A DNA stretch of 32,000 bases from Candidatus Harpocratesius repetitus (GCA_021498095.1 JAIZWK010000001.1:3300001-3332000), one strand, 5' to 3'; shown: positions 8,207 through 18,069, numbered from the stretch's first letter. Translations and numbers: made by a program. Notes: a model not told the origin generated them from the sequence alone.

Positions 8207-9691
8207 TTAAAGGAATTTTATTTTCCTTTGATTTTTATTCTTTTTTGCAACAATCCAAATCATGATTATTAGAAAAGTGCTGAAATATCCTAAAGAATAA
8301 CCTTTTATTGAGAGATTGGTAATCAGGTTATCAAAACTTACATCACTACTATTTGTTTTAGGATAAACAGGTAAAATTTTTGAACATGTTGAATTATCTC
8401 CATTTTCATCAATAACTGTAAGTACTATAGTATAATTACCTGGTTCTTTATAAATATGCACGGGATCGCGTAATGTAGAACTATTGCCATCTCCAAAATC
8501 CCAAAAATACTTCATAGGAAGGTTTCCCATAGTTCCTGTGAAAGTAAAAGTAATTTCTTTATCAACTTCAAACGATGTTTGTGAAACACTGAAATCTGCC
8601 ATTGGAATCAAATCAAATTCGACATTTATTACTTGTAATGCACATCCTATATCATTTTCATTATCTCTAACTGAAAAATTTACAAGATATGAGCCTGGAG
8701 AAACATAAATGTGGCTACAGTTAAGTTCAGACGAAGTAGAGCCATCATCAAACTCCCATTTAAATTCAAGATAAGGTAATAATCCACCAGAGGGATATCC
8801 TGAAAATGAGATCTCTTCACCACAAAATACTTTATTCCGAGAAACTGTTATTTTAGTTTGAATCGGTTTTATAATTGTATTATTAACTAAAATCGTATTT
8901 ATTCCATTGTCAATTATAGCATCATCAATATTTTTTTTTAAATAATTATCAATTATTGAAGTTCGATATGAGGTTTTTTCAAATATAGGTCCATCTAAAT
9001 AAATTCCAACACGATTTTTTATAAAAGAATTATTTTTAACTAGAAAATCTGAACAATTTTCTATAAGCGTTCCATAATATAACGATTTTTTAAATATATT
9101 TGATGATATATTGTAATTTGATGAATATCTAATTAGCATACCCGATTTTCGAATATTTGATATCTGATTGTTCTGAATTTGAATATCTTCTGTATGAAAT
9201 GTCCGTATTCCATACGATTGAGACAAGCTAATATAACAATCTTGAATAATAATATTCGAAGAATATTGGAGATAAATACCATTTTTAAAAGAAGCGGAAT
9301 TAATCGTGCAATTTTTGATTATTCCATATACATTAGAATCATAAATACCTATACCCTGTTCTCCTGAACCATTTATTTCTATATTTGCAATAATATATGG
9401 ATCTTCCTTGGTACCTGAACCAGTAACAACATCACAAGTGGTCCAATCATTTCCATAAATACTAATGGATAAATGGGAAGATAGAACAGAGGGAGTTGAA
9501 AGTGCAGCTTCAGATTGAGAGGAATAAGGAGATTTTTTTAAATTTTTTTTCGTTTGAATTAAAGAAGTATCATGTAATGAACTTAAATTTACATTAGTCT
9601 GATAATTGGGTATTCCAATCCAAATAAAGGAAAATACTATACAATATAAAAGAGAAATACAAAAAGACCATTTGAATTTATTTGATTTCAT
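8207..9691 (-). CDS. Membrane-anchored surface protein: parallel beta-helix (NosD/CASH-like) plus two PKD domains
   Basis: N-terminal hydrophobic segment, GSGTKEDPYII motif, repeated GI.l..s.n..I.n strands, two PKD motifs (WEFDDG...HIY..PG.Y.V; WDFGDG...HIY..PGNYTI.LTV), C-terminal TM. ATG at 9691. Confidence 0.85.
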   Translation of the reverse strand: MKSNKFKWSFCISLLYCIVFSFIWIGIPNYQTNVNLSSLHDTSLIQTKKNLKKSPYSSQSEAALSTPSVLSSHLSISIYGNDWTTCDVVTGSGTKEDPYIIANIEINGSGEQGIGIYDSNVYGIIKNCTINSASFKNGIYLQYSSNIIIQDCYISLSQSYGIRTFHTEDIQIQNNQISNIRKSGMLIRYSSNYNISSNIFKKSLYYGTLIENCSDFLVKNNSFIKNRVGIYLDGPIFEKTSYRTSIIDNYLKKNIDDAIIDNGINTILVNNTIIKPIQTKITVSRNKVFCGEEISFSGYPSGGLLPYLEFKWEFDDGSTSSELNCSHIYVSPGSYLVNFSVRDNENDIGCALQVINVEFDLIPMADFSVSQTSFEVDKEITFTFTGTMGNLPMKYFWDFGDGNSSTLRDPVHIYKEPGNYTIVLTVIDENGDNSTCSKILPVYPKTNSSDVSFDNLITNLSIKGYSLGYFSTFLIIMIWIVAKKNKNQRKIKFL

Positions 9692-10127
9692 AATTAACAC
9701 GACTAAATACTTAAATGTTAGATAATTGTTAATTAAAATATTTTTTTAATTCAATCTTAACTAAAAATATTTTATAACCTGTATTTAAATTTTTATTTGA
9801 CTATTTGAATCTATTTCTAAGTAAAAAAAGTTGTAGGAATCTTGGTAGATTTCATACCACTAATAATATTATTCGTAGAACAAATTACATTAATACTCCT
9901 TTTCTTGATTTTAGGTTATTTCTCGTGGAATTTAGATTTTTCTTCTAATAATGGAGCGTTTGAACCAATTATAATAGAATTAGATCGTTTAGTCATTGTC
10001 TTTCGAGATATTACTCAAAGTAGAAAGTAAAATCAGCGAAGGAACTACATTTTCTATTGCACTTCCTTTACAAATTGCAAAGAATGAATAAAAATAGAAA
10101 AAGAAATATAAAATATTTTTAAAATTA

Positions 10128-10676
10128 TTATAATAACTTTGATGGAAGTTCTTTTATTTTTTTCTTAATAAATGCTCGTCGTTCACCGCGCGATTTAAAG
10201 GCTGAAATTTCATCCTTATATTGTTCGTATATAATTTCCCTTTGGAAAAATGTATAAAGTGCATCATATACAGGGAATTCCTTTTCTAAAGCTTCATGAT
10301 CTGAATTACATAATAATGGCATTCCGCTAGCAACTACTTCAAGAAGCCAAGCCATTGGTACCCTTTCCAATCCTCCAGAAGTATCTGCCGCTCTCACAAT
10401 TTTCTGAACTTCAGCTAGTGCTTTATCTTCAGATAAATTGTATTTTTTGCAAATAGCATCGAAAGTGCAGTATTTCACACCATTTTCTTCATAATGATCT
10501 AATTCAACACCAGTCCCTGCAGTATCAAATGGAATAGCACCTGTTTTTTCAACGAATTCCATGATTTCCTCACGAGGAAGAAAAACAAACTGCGCATTTA
10601 TATCCACAAATCGACGAATTAACCAAGGACAAGCAACTCGGTCAACATGTACATAATTTCGAGTAGTCCATAACAT
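10128..10676 (-). CDS. Chromate-resistance ChrB-like (C-terminal domain) protein
   Basis: W.TR....VDRVACPWLIRRFVD..A.F.F, AIPFD, H....CTFDA, IVRAADT match ChrB family motifs. Probable start ATG 10676. Confidence 0.85.
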   Translation of the reverse strand: MLWTTRNYVHVDRVACPWLIRRFVDINAQFVFLPREEIMEFVEKTGAIPFDTAGTGVELDHYEENGVKYCTFDAICKKYNLSEDKALAEVQKIVRAADTSGGLERVPMAWLLEVVASGMPLLCNSDHEALEKEFPVYDALYTFFQREIIYEQYKDEISAFKSRGERRAFIKKKIKELPSKLL

Positions 10677-10744
10677 TGAAATCGATTGAACTAAAGAACA
10701 AGGCAATTTAAAGTTTTATTAAAAATTTGATCTTTTAATTGAGG

Positions 10745-10882
10745 TAGCAACTTCTTTACTTTTGACTAAATTTCCATTTTAATCTTTCATTTTCCGACAA
10801 TAATCAAACTTATCCAAGAATTATTTCAGTCGGCAAAAATAAACTTTAAAAAATTTAATGATGGGTCGATTTTTGACTATTT
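10745..10882 (+). repeat. 138-bp intergenic dispersed repeat, copy A (inverted relative to copy B at 29971-30108)
   Basis: Manual ungapped alignment with the reverse complement of 29971-30108 gives 129/138 identical, with a 43-bp perfect core at 10795-10837. Confidence 0.95.
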
Positions 10883-10937
10883 ATCAAAATTCTGTATGAC
10901 ATTTTTCTAACACATGTAAAAGATCTCATGCAAATTA

Positions 10938-11411
10938 CTATCCAAAAGTGGTTATTATTTCTACATTAAATTTATGTTCAATCTCAGATATTCGATTCTC
11001 TGATAATTCTTCCTCAGACTTAAATAGGATTGGGCAATTTTGATATTTCCCTGTAGCAATAGAAAAGCAATCACTTAATGCGATAGGAAAATGACATTTA
11101 ATATCTGCGGCGATACGAAATATCTTATCTGGGTTGACTTTTACAACTACTGATTCAATAATTGACAAAATTTCAAGACTCACCTTCTTTCCATAATGTC
11201 TACAGATGATATATCCAATTTCTGATAGATTATAGGTATTTCCAAATATAATTTTATCAGAGGTTTCATAAAAAAGGTTTTCTTTAATGAATGTGGTGAG
11301 TTTTGTATCCTTTTTCTCAATATAACTAATCCAAATACTTGTATCTAATACAATACGGGAATGTTGCTTTACTACATCAATGAATTTCTTTTTCATATTT
11401 ATTTTTCTCAC
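10938..11411 (-). CDS. vapC: PIN-domain VapC-like toxin
   Basis: IVLDTSIWI N-terminal PIN motif, NLSEI, IALSDCFSIATG; directly downstream of an antitoxin-sized ORF. Confidence 0.85.
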   Translation of the reverse strand: MRKINMKKKFIDVVKQHSRIVLDTSIWISYIEKKDTKLTTFIKENLFYETSDKIIFGNTYNLSEIGYIICRHYGKKVSLEILSIIESVVVKVNPDKIFRIAADIKCHFPIALSDCFSIATGKYQNCPILFKSEEELSENRISEIEHKFNVEIITTFG

Positions 11412-11681
11412 TTAGTTTTTTAGGAAATTTTGTTCTTCTTTCTTCAGATCTTTTAGTTTTTCATGTCGATATTCATCATATAGTTTTTTATCAAATTTAT
11501 TTGCTAAATTACGAATTTTCTGATATTTATCTTTTTCAAAGAATTTTTCTTGGTGAAGAGCAAGTAATTCTTCAATAACTTCATTGAAACTAACTGAACG
11601 CCCCATTTTTTGAGAAAAAACAATTTTTAATTGAAATAATTTTTGTTTTACTTCATTTTCAACTTGAATTGTAGTTACCAT
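11412..11681 (-). CDS. vapB: Putative VapB antitoxin (RHH-like N-terminus)
   Basis: MVTTIQV...K.KL..LK......SFNEVIEELL pattern; stop codon abuts the PIN gene start. Confidence 0.75.
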   Translation of the reverse strand: MVTTIQVENEVKQKLFQLKIVFSQKMGRSVSFNEVIEELLALHQEKFFEKDKYQKIRNLANKFDKKLYDEYRHEKLKDLKKEEQNFLKN

Positions 11682-12115
11682 AGTTTCTATAGCTTCTATA
11701 GTAATTTATTTATTTATATATTACGAATTAAAGCGAATAAATTCAATAAAATCCAGAAACAAATCAATCCGTTCACATCTAGTCTCCTTCATCATTCAAA
11801 AATTATTCAATCATCAAAAAAGAAAGTCAGAATATGTCAGAAAACAAGCAAAATAATATATTATTGATGAAATTTCGAATTAAATAGAATTTAGTCTTAT
11901 TGCATTTTAATCATTTTATCAAATTTTGACCATTCTTGATTGGAGTTCGCTTAAATTTGAATTTTCTCTACGAATAGAAAAAGTTTTTTATCCATGATAC
12001 GCTTATTTTTCTTAGTTATTCCAAGATCATATCGAATAGAATTAATCTCTTCGAAAAAAGAGAATTCTTTTCAACTAATCTCTGGATGAATAAATTAATT
12101 ATAATGTGAGATAAT

Positions 12116-12328
12116 ATGCCAGGTTCACACGGATCATTAACAAAAGCTGGGAAAGTCCGACAAATTACTCCAAAAGTGGAACGAACGGGAGTAAATGCTC
12201 GTTCGAAAAAAATCCCTCGAGTTCGAAACAAAAAACTTTACATAAAGCGTGTAGTGTTAAATCGATATGGAGGTCAAGCAAATTCAATTGCTGCTCAAAA
12301 ACACGCACGTGCAAGCAACAAGAGATAA
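12116..12328 (+). CDS. rps30e: 30S ribosomal protein eS30 (S30e)
   Basis: [16 protein letters not shown] signature; basic 70-aa protein with no ubiquitin-like fusion. Confidence 0.95.
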   Translation: MPGSHGSLTKAGKVRQITPKVERTGVNARSKKIPRVRNKKLYIKRVVLNRYGGQANSIAAQKHARASNKR

Positions 12329-12365
12329 ATAAATATATTTTCTCTATTTTTTAATTAAATTTTTC

Positions 12366-14864
12366 TTAAAATTCAGTTTTATCCTTATTATCTTTTGTAT
12401 ATTCAAATTTAAGGATTTCACCAAAATATGAATAAATTCTATCAAGATCTTCTTGTAATCTAACAGTTTTTTGAATCGAAACGCAAATTTTTAAAAAATA
12501 AGATATTTCACATGAATTCAAGGCGCGAGAAAATTGGTAACGTTTTGTTTTTGATTTGATACCTTTTTTTTTATCAGAAGGAACGATTCTGTTCTTTAGA
12601 AAGAGAGATAATTGAGCTTTTCCGCCAATTTCGAATTCCCACATCTCTTTTGAAATTCCATCTATCCAAAAAGATGTATTAGGTGCCAATAGATCAAAAT
12701 ATATTCTATTTTCTTCTTCTTTCCATCCTGGATGTCGGACAATTGGTTTGGCTTTAAGATTGATTTTAAATGGACAAGATGATGGAAATATAAAAGAAGA
12801 CAGAGAAGATGAAGAAGGTAGAGAAGATGAAGATGATGAATAAAACGTGCTAGAATTCAAATTAAATTGGAGGGTATGTAATTTTAGTAATTTTTCCCCA
12901 ATTTCAGCCATTAAATGAAAAATTTTTGCATTTTTGGGAAATGGAATGCGTGGAAAATCTTGTTTCAACATAAATTGATATTTCAATCGATATTTTGGAG
13001 TCCAAAGTATAGCATAAATATAATAAAATATCTCTTCAGTTGATTTATAGTAATTAGATGGAAACAATGATAAAAATTCTGACGAAAAATTAATCTCATT
13101 AGCAGAAATTGGATGATTCCAATCTCCTTTTTTTATTGATTTTGATGAAATACGTAGAGGAAAAATATAATCGCCAATACCTGATCCTCCTTCAACACAA
13201 TGAGACTCAGCAATAATATTTGTCGCAAAAACGCTTGTATCTCCAGATGCTTTTCGAGATTTTCGAGAAACAATTATTGCAAGATTATTCTGCCAAGGAT
13301 ACATATATTGCATAAGTCGATAACTGCTTGAACCTTTTGTCATCAAATGTTCATCATAACAGACCCACCATCTATCAAAACCGCGCCATTGCCATTTCTG
13401 GATATTCTGTAAAGCTTTTTTAAGAGAACCTGCTTTTCCATCTGCAATTTTCCAATCTCGTGCATCATGATAAATAACACCATCAGCTTTAACCCAATTT
13501 TGATTTTTAGAATCTTTTATGATAATCTTGTCATAAGTTCCATCATAAAAAGAAGTGATTATTTTCTCCAACTCAAATCGATCGGGATGAGTAATTAATG
13601 TATCGTGCAAAGATTGAATACCTATGATATTTTTTGAGAAAATTTCTGTTATACAATAGAATTGATTGTACTCTTCTTCTCGCTTAATCAATTCAGAAGG
13701 AATAGCAACTAGGTTAAAATCACGACGGTAGGGAATTTTTACAAATGGAAGAGATTCGAAATTCTTATTACAGAAAACCTTTTTCCGTTTTATTGATCCA
13801 TAACATCCACAATAGAACACATTTGCTATATTTTCTTCCGAAATTTCCTGTTTTTCATTTAAAGTCTTACAATCTCTTTCATATTTTGAGAGATAAACAG
13901 CAATAAATAAGCAAATACCTGTCTGAATTCCGAATATATTTTCATCCTTTTCTTTATCACTAAATGATGGTTTATCAACAGCTTCGATTGAAGGTGGATT
14001 ACTCTTTTTGGGATCTCCGAATAAATTTATAATATAAATAAAATCAAATGATTTTAACAAACTACTTCGCAAACCTCGAAAAATATCACCATCTAAGAAA
14101 TAATTATTCAAGACTAAGGCAATAATTCCAGGTTGATTTCTGTCTGATATCAACCATTGGCAGTAACGAATGAATTTAACATAATCGTCTTGTATACCTT
14201 TTAGTCCTACTATCCTTTTTTTCCCTTTTCGCTGTAAATCTTTTTTATAATCTTCTACTAATCTGGAAATCCATAAACCTTTCGATTCAGAAGAAATGGC
14301 ATAAGGAGGATTCCCATAAATTATTAAAATATTATCTTTTTGGAGGGGCGGCAATTCATCGTTGATTTTAGATTTATCTAGGCCATTTAAAGGATTTCGT
14401 TGATATAAATGTTTCAATCTAATTTTTTTATCAATAAAAACGCATGATTTTTTCTCTATTTCCTTCATTGCAGAATTAAAACAAGTATTTGCATTAGAAA
14501 TGGTCTTAGAATCAATTTCAAATGAATAACTTTGATTTAAAAAAACTTGAGTAAACCATTTATTGAAATTTACTGGCTTAACCTGTTCTTGGCATAACTT
14601 AACTAATTCAATTGGAAAACTCAATTCTCCAGCAGCAGGATCCAAAAATTCAATCCGAGAAGAGAATAATCCTTCAACATTAAAGTTTTTAAAATGATGA
14701 ATAAGGCAATAATTTACCCCTCTAAGAAGGCATCTAATTAGAAATGGAGGCGTGTAATAGGCAGATGACCCCGAATAATTTCTTGAAAATCTTGCTGGAT
14801 GATTGTGGGGAGTGTTTTGATCTCTAATTAGAACCTTCTGATTTTTGATTTCCATATCTTTCAA
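12366..14864 (-). CDS. N6-adenine DNA methyltransferase with Type ISP/IIG-like C-terminal specificity domain, no N-terminal nuclease/helicase
   Basis: YYTP (motif X), FLDPAAG (motif I), GNPPY (motif IV), DDYVKFIR, NNYFLDG..FRGLR, DENIFGIQTG, IFYYIYAIL..PKYR....L..DFPRIPF. Confidence 0.85.
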   Translation of the reverse strand: MKDMEIKNQKVLIRDQNTPHNHPARFSRNYSGSSAYYTPPFLIRCLLRGVNYCLIHHFKNFNVEGLFSSRIEFLDPAAGELSFPIELVKLCQEQVKPVNFNKWFTQVFLNQSYSFEIDSKTISNANTCFNSAMKEIEKKSCVFIDKKIRLKHLYQRNPLNGLDKSKINDELPPLQKDNILIIYGNPPYAISSESKGLWISRLVEDYKKDLQRKGKKRIVGLKGIQDDYVKFIRYCQWLISDRNQPGIIALVLNNYFLDGDIFRGLRSSLLKSFDFIYIINLFGDPKKSNPPSIEAVDKPSFSDKEKDENIFGIQTGICLFIAVYLSKYERDCKTLNEKQEISEENIANVFYCGCYGSIKRKKVFCNKNFESLPFVKIPYRRDFNLVAIPSELIKREEEYNQFYCITEIFSKNIIGIQSLHDTLITHPDRFELEKIITSFYDGTYDKIIIKDSKNQNWVKADGVIYHDARDWKIADGKAGSLKKALQNIQKWQWRGFDRWWVCYDEHLMTKGSSSYRLMQYMYPWQNNLAIIVSRKSRKASGDTSVFATNIIAESHCVEGGSGIGDYIFPLRISSKSIKKGDWNHPISANEINFSSEFLSLFPSNYYKSTEEIFYYIYAILWTPKYRLKYQFMLKQDFPRIPFPKNAKIFHLMAEIGEKLLKLHTLQFNLNSSTFYSSSSSSLPSSSSLSSFIFPSSCPFKINLKAKPIVRHPGWKEEENRIYFDLLAPNTSFWIDGISKEMWEFEIGGKAQLSLFLKNRIVPSDKKKGIKSKTKRYQFSRALNSCEISYFLKICVSIQKTVRLQEDLDRIYSYFGEILKFEYTKDNKDKTEF

Positions 14865-15028
14865 TTTTTTCTGCTATAATGATTTATGATTGCTTGTATT
14901 TTCATAATAATATCTAACAAAAAACTTTTATGTCCATAATAAAATACATAATTACTAGAACGCTCTCATTTCCATAAAATTATCTGTAATCTTTCTTTAC
15001 AGATACATAATAATTGGAGTAAAAAAAT

Positions 15029-15646
15029 ATGGCAACATCTGGAAGAACATATAGACATTCACCACAAAATGTGTTAAAAATCGCAATTCTCGGTGAAGGC
15101 GGTGTGGGAAAAACAACCTTAACAAAACGAATCATTACAGGTATTTTTGATGCTAAAACGCGCATGACAATTGGCGTTGATTTCCATTTACTTAAAACAT
15201 CAATATTTGATCCACTTGCACCTGAAGATGCGGATGACGTACCACAAATAGATATTCAAGCGCAGATTTGGGACTTCGCAGGAGAATCTCGATTTAGATT
15301 CATGTTACCACGCTATTGTAAAGGTGCTGTGGGCGGAGCATTATGCTATGATTTATCTCGTTATAGTACGACTAAATATATTGATGAATGGTATCAGATT
15401 TGGAAAGATAACGCTCCAGAAAACTCACCAATCATTTTAGTTGGAACAAAAGCAGATTTGATTGCAGAAAATGATATGGATGAAGCTCAACAAAATTTAG
15501 AAAAATTAGCACACCGCTTAAATATACCAGATTGGTACATAATTTCTGCGAAAAATGGTAGAAATGTACATATATTAACGAATGATTTACTAATTAAAGC
15601 ATATATATTCAATCAAAATTGGATTAAATCCCAGAAGAAGCAATGA
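15029..15646 (+). CDS. Rab-like small GTPase
   Basis: G1 GEGGVGKT, G2/RabF1 TIGVDF, G3 WDFAGE, RFRFM, YCKGA, G4 GTKAD, G5 ISAK; no C-terminal prenylation Cys. Confidence 0.92.
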   Translation: MATSGRTYRHSPQNVLKIAILGEGGVGKTTLTKRIITGIFDAKTRMTIGVDFHLLKTSIFDPLAPEDADDVPQIDIQAQIWDFAGESRFRFMLPRYCKGAVGGALCYDLSRYSTTKYIDEWYQIWKDNAPENSPIILVGTKADLIAENDMDEAQQNLEKLAHRLNIPDWYIISAKNGRNVHILTNDLLIKAYIFNQNWIKSQKKQ

Positions 15647-15705
15647 TTGAATGCTTTTAATGAAAACTCTTTTAGTGTTTTATTAATGTTTTTTTCATTG
15701 TTCTT

Positions 15706-16869
15706 TTAGAAATTTTTCCATTGTTCTTTGCAGAAATTCTTCATTTCCTCCGTAGCAACGAAACCAATACTTAATTTCTCCAGATCATCACGATATTTTC
15801 GTTCAAATTTATTTGCATTACGCTGTAAGAAAAAAAAGTGATTATTTGAATTTTCTTTTGTAAATAACACCCAAAGTATATTTTCTGTACGATAAATAGA
15901 TATTCTAACACTTTGAATTTCAAGATCTTTCAACTGACCAGAATCAAGACACTTTTTAGTAAAATTCTCAAAATTTGCTTTTGTGATATACATCAAATAT
16001 CGGATATTTGCAAAAATTTGGTTATTTTGTATATTTTGATTGGGTTCATTATTTGTAATTATTTCCTGTGAAGAAAAGTCATAATCAAACATTGGTAATC
16101 CATTTTTATATATTAAAATCAGGTATTGTAAATCACCTTGAAAAAGATACAAAAATTTCTTCTTTTTGGAATCAACCAACAGAAAGGTAATTCCAAAGAA
16201 AGCGAAATATAGGAGAACAAACAAGAGGTAAAGATTTACTTCAAAGAACGAAACAAAAACAAGAATAACTCTAATTAAAGAGGTAAGAAATAGAAAAATT
16301 ATAAAGAAGATTTGTCCATTCGGATAATCTTCATTTGTACCTTGACTTTTTTTTTGAACTTTAATAATAATTAATATCAATCGTCCTAAAATGTTAATTG
16401 AATTTAGCATAAAAAAAATTATTAGTATATTAAAAACTTGGGCATTTAATGAAAAGATGAAAAAGGTACCCCAAAATTTAGATTCCAGTGAATAATGGGG
16501 GGTTATAACCAACATAGCCGATATTGCCATCAATGAAATTATTATAGTGAATAATGTATGTATTCGATTACGAAAGATTATTATCTCATCGAGAAATAAA
16601 TTTAAAATAATAAATGAGAGAAAAAGAAAAATAAGCGTTAAAACCCCATATCGATTTAATAGAGAGAGGTATAAATCTTCAAGTTTAAAAGAAAAGGGAA
16701 TGTAAAAAAGAGTATCTATGTATAAACAAAGAAAATATGATAATAAAAATAGTACATATCGAAATCTCAAACGAATATAAGCCCTAATTAAAATTATTAT
16801 AACATAAATCATAATGAGGGTGTTAATTAGTCCGATAATGGATAGAAGAGTCATTTTTTTAATCAACAA
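15706..16869 (-). CDS. 7TM membrane protein with C-terminal longin-like domain
   Basis: Seven hydrophobic segments in aa 1-235, then YLILIYKNGLPMFDY, a helix, G.LK.LEI...RISIYRTENILWVLFT and F.R..NKFERKY (longin-like order). Start could be ATG 16854. Confidence 0.7.
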   Translation of the reverse strand: MLIKKMTLLSIIGLINTLIMIYVIIILIRAYIRLRFRYVLFLLSYFLCLYIDTLFYIPFSFKLEDLYLSLLNRYGVLTLIFLFLSFIILNLFLDEIIIFRNRIHTLFTIIISLMAISAMLVITPHYSLESKFWGTFFIFSLNAQVFNILIIFFMLNSINILGRLILIIIKVQKKSQGTNEDYPNGQIFFIIFLFLTSLIRVILVFVSFFEVNLYLLFVLLYFAFFGITFLLVDSKKKKFLYLFQGDLQYLILIYKNGLPMFDYDFSSQEIITNNEPNQNIQNNQIFANIRYLMYITKANFENFTKKCLDSGQLKDLEIQSVRISIYRTENILWVLFTKENSNNHFFFLQRNANKFERKYRDDLEKLSIGFVATEEMKNFCKEQWKNF

Positions 16870-16885
16870 TTTCGTTAAATTATTT

Positions 16886-18058
16886 TTAATAGTAAGGCTT
16901 CAAAAAAATTTTAAGTTCCTTTTTCACAATACCTTCTATGTTAATTTTCCCAACTGTATCAATTTTCTCAATTTTTTCTGATGTTTGCTTAATTCTCTCC
17001 TTTTCTTTTAAATATATATCAATACTCGACTCCATTTGCTCAATTATTGTGGAAAATGCTTGGTGATAAAGTTCTGATGTTTTTTTTGAAAACAAAACCC
17101 ATCTAAATCTACGAGATTGATAAAAAGAAACGACCAGCCTCTTAAATTGGAGATTCTTGAATGAGATTGGAGAATATGCTTTTTCAATTTTTCTGATGAA
17201 ATACAATTCAGTCCCCAAAAGTATTGAAGTAAAAGACAAAAGAGGGGTAATTTCTTGATCTTCTATATTTGAATCAAAAATTTGTCTTCTTAAAAAGTCA
17301 TATACCAAAGGAATTTTTATAGTATTTTGATTTTCAACAGGAAATATAATCAAATATCTTAACCCTCCTGGAAGAATTGTTAATTGATTACGATTATTAA
17401 TATATCCAACCATTATTATTGTATATACCAGCGACATGGCTAAATAATCAATTCCATAAAGATAATAGGGATAAATTCTTTTTACATTCGTTAAAATTAA
17501 CCAGAATAAGTAACCTAAACCCATTGTTATGAAAAAGCGTGGAATGTGCTTGAGCTTTAACTTACTAAATTTATATGATAGATAAAAGAAACGCAAATTC
17601 AAAGAAAATATCATTAAATAGATTAAAAGAAGAAAAAATTTAATTAGTGGAGTTTCAAAAATACCTGTATAAAATACTCCATAAGCTGAAATAACAGGTT
17701 TTATAGAAATACTTTCGGTAGTTAAATATACACCTAAAAAGACACCAGTTAATATTGAATAAATAAAACTGGGAAATCGCAACTGATTATGAACAATCTT
17801 GTCTAAATAATACGTAAGTAAACATGTATTGATTGGAATTAAAAAATTCGCCCAAAAAGTGTAATATTTTGCTGAAATTTCATTAATTGGAAAAAATAGA
17901 ACTCCTGGATATATCCAGCCACATACTGCAAAAAATAAACCTAAATAAATATCACTGCGAAATTTCATCTTGAAATATTCGATAAAGCTAAATATTGCCA
18001 AGATCCAAAAAATTAGACCTCCAAAAAAATAAATGAGATTTATTATTGATGGAATTAT
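16886..18058 (-). CDS. 7TM membrane protein with divergent C-terminal longin-like domain; probable non-AUG start
   Basis: The frame stays open upstream of track start 18001 to a TAG at 18068-18070, adding TM1 (IIPSIINLIYFFGGLIFWILAIF). The C-terminus (RYLIIFP...FKNLQF..LVVSFYQSRRFRWVLFS) parallels the neighbouring gene. Confidence 0.65.
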   Translation of the reverse strand: MIPSIINLIYFFGGLIFWILAIFSFIEYFKMKFRSDIYLGLFFAVCGWIYPGVLFFPINEISAKYYTFWANFLIPINTCLLTYYLDKIVHNQLRFPSFIYSILTGVFLGVYLTTESISIKPVISAYGVFYTGIFETPLIKFFLLLIYLMIFSLNLRFFYLSYKFSKLKLKHIPRFFITMGLGYLFWLILTNVKRIYPYYLYGIDYLAMSLVYTIIMVGYINNRNQLTILPGGLRYLIIFPVENQNTIKIPLVYDFLRRQIFDSNIEDQEITPLLSFTSILLGTELYFIRKIEKAYSPISFKNLQFKRLVVSFYQSRRFRWVLFSKKTSELYHQAFSTIIEQMESSIDIYLKEKERIKQTSEKIEKIDTVGKINIEGIVKKELKIFLKPYY

Positions 18059-18064
18059 CTTAAT

Positions 18065-18069
18065 CTCCT
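18065..18069 (-). promoter_or_regulatory. Shine-Dalgarno-like AGGAG 6 nt before ATA(18058)
   Basis: Minus strand reads TAGGAG-ATTAAG-ATA-ATT-CCA. Confidence 0.55.

Noticed and set aside
2131-9367. Short track ORFs at 2131, 2842, 5731, 7010, 7910, 8484 and 9179
   Set aside because: Antisense or overlapping shadows of better-supported genes; 7910-8182 runs through the tRNA.
9842-10030. 62-aa hydrophobic ORF
   Set aside because: TTG start, no recognisable motif; hydrophobic ORFs arise easily in T-rich DNA. Cannot be supported.
12116-12328. Ubiquitin-like fusion on eS30 (as in eukaryotic FUBI-eS30) linking it to the E1
   Set aside because: The ORF starts directly at MPGSHGSL, and an in-frame TAA lies just upstream.
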